Shown here in pieces: positions 62,609-64,000 of a stretch of 64,000 nt of DNA. This DNA comes from Eledone cirrhosa (taxonomy: Eukaryota), in the NCBI GenBank assembly GCA_964016885.1, contig OZ024741.1, positions 167,152,001-167,216,000 of the forward strand. The letters run 5' to 3'. Below the pieces are notes generated by a model that worked only from the letters and a program-made list of their open reading frames with translations, was not told where the DNA came from and did no database searches. Position 1 is the stretch's first letter. Each line of letters starts with the position of its first letter. The position numbers and the translations under genes are program-made.

Positions 62609-64000
62609 ATCATCATCATCATCATCATCAACGTTTAACGTCCGTGTTCCACGCTTGCATGGGTTTGGACGGGGGTAGTCCCACTTGAGGCAAGAGTGAT
62701 TGTCTTGCTCGCATAGGACTGTCTGGCAGGTTTTCTACAGTTGGATGCCCTTCCTAACACCAACCACATTTACAGTGTGGGTCTGGGAGGTTTTTACCGT
62801 GTTGCCTACACGGCCACATTACAGCGTGGACTGTGTGTTTTTTTGTCGTGACACCTACACGATCTCATTTGTTTCGGCCTCGAAGGCGCGGCACCAACAT
62901 AACTTTACATAGAACGGGGTGGTGTGGATCGGGTGGGGGTGGGGGTGGTGGGACGGGGTGTATTTTGTTAGAGATGCCTACTGGCTGGAGTAGGTTTTAC
63001 TATATATTTAGGTAAGGCGGGTCTTCTCTGTTACTGAGTACCGCCAAAGGTCTCGGTCCAGTGACATTGTCTTGGAGAGGTGTAAGTGTGTGATGTCGGA
63101 GTTTATCAGCTCGTCCCAGGTTTTTCTAGGTCTGCCTATTCCGTGACTACCGTCTATCTTTATTGCCCTGCACTTTGTTATACAGCTATCGACTTTCATG
63201 CGCATCACGTGTCCATACCAACGTAGCCTTCTCTCGAGTAAACAACATCTGATCCCTCTTATCTCTAATTTTTTCCTTAGTTCGTTTATGCTTTGCCGTT
63301 CACGTATATTACTGTTACACATCCAGCGGAGCATGCAAGCTTCGTTCCTCTCTAGTCTGCGTATATCCTCTGCACACAATGCCCAGGTCTCACTGCCATG
63401 CAGCATTGCTGTTCGTATGCAGGCATCGTACAACCTGCCTTTCATTTTTAGTGAGAACCCTTTAGCAGCTAATAGTGGTATAAGCTCTCTGAACTTTTTC
63501 CAACCAGTTCTGACTCTAGCTACAGTACTTTCAGAGCACCCTCCACCACTGCTGATTTTATCGCCCAGGTAACGGAAGCTGTCCACTATTTCTATAGAAC
63601 CCTCTGCGCAATTGAAAGAGCTAGTAGTTTGTGGGCACTTGCTGCTACTTATTGCACCAGAGCACCGGCCACATGTAAAATCTATGTTCTTAGTTAGCTT
63701 ACCTGTGATCCCACTACATCTTTTATGCACCCATACTTTGCATTTAGGACATAAAATGGAGTTTCTACCTACGCCTTTCCTACACACCGAGCACGACCAT
63801 TTCCCAGAAGGGACCGCCGCCTTGTTTTCTTTCCTACAAACTAGTACTTTGGTCTTAGCCAGGTTAATTTTAAGTCCTTTTGACTCTAGGCCGTGCTTCC
63901 ATGTTTGGAATTTCTTCTCTAGCTCGGCCATTGATTCCGCTATGTGTGTCAGGTCGTCTGCGTATAGGAGTTCCCATGGGCAGCCTGTCTTGAACTCCTC
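62609..64000 (-). mobile_element. Young RTE LINE running off the window edge
   Basis: Uninterrupted frame EEFKTGCPWELLYADDL...C4HC3 finger...FRYLG...HGSETW...TRLT* (stop 63008-63010), UTR and tail. Confidence 0.95.

Noticed and set aside
61037-62678. 523-aa and overlapping ORFs
   Set aside because: Microsatellite read in frame into a truncated RTE; not a fusion gene

Overview
AT-rich, repeat-saturated animal genomic DNA. It is most likely a coleoid cephalopod (Octopus-like), judged from the tRNA-derived SINE families, RTE LINEs with (GAT)n tails and dense (TA)n/(TG)n microsatellites; this is inference, with no database search. Most ORFs in the track are microsatellite or antisense artefacts. 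Real coding content is: one probable host first exon (7881-8594, minus), a candidate Pro/Thr-rich exon (38481-38856, plus), a 5'-truncated Naiad-type Penelope-like element (RT + GIY-YIG, 11886-19216) bracketed by ~1-kb inverted pseudo-LTRs, a mariner (DD34D), a maT (DD37D) fragment, and many RTE, Tx1/L1 and CR1 fragments. Also present are Helitrons and piggyBac-, hAT- and Tc1-type MITEs. The most striking signal is a set of short (0.1-0.4 kb) fold-back elements from at least six sequence families, mostly sitting in (TA)n tracts. They carry type I hammerhead ribozyme cores (complete in five families, 3' half only in one) and share a 'tail-bearing arm + tail-less inverted arm ending at a fixed internal point' architecture with the large Penelope-like element. 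All structures were folded by eye; coordinates of degenerate repeats are approximate.
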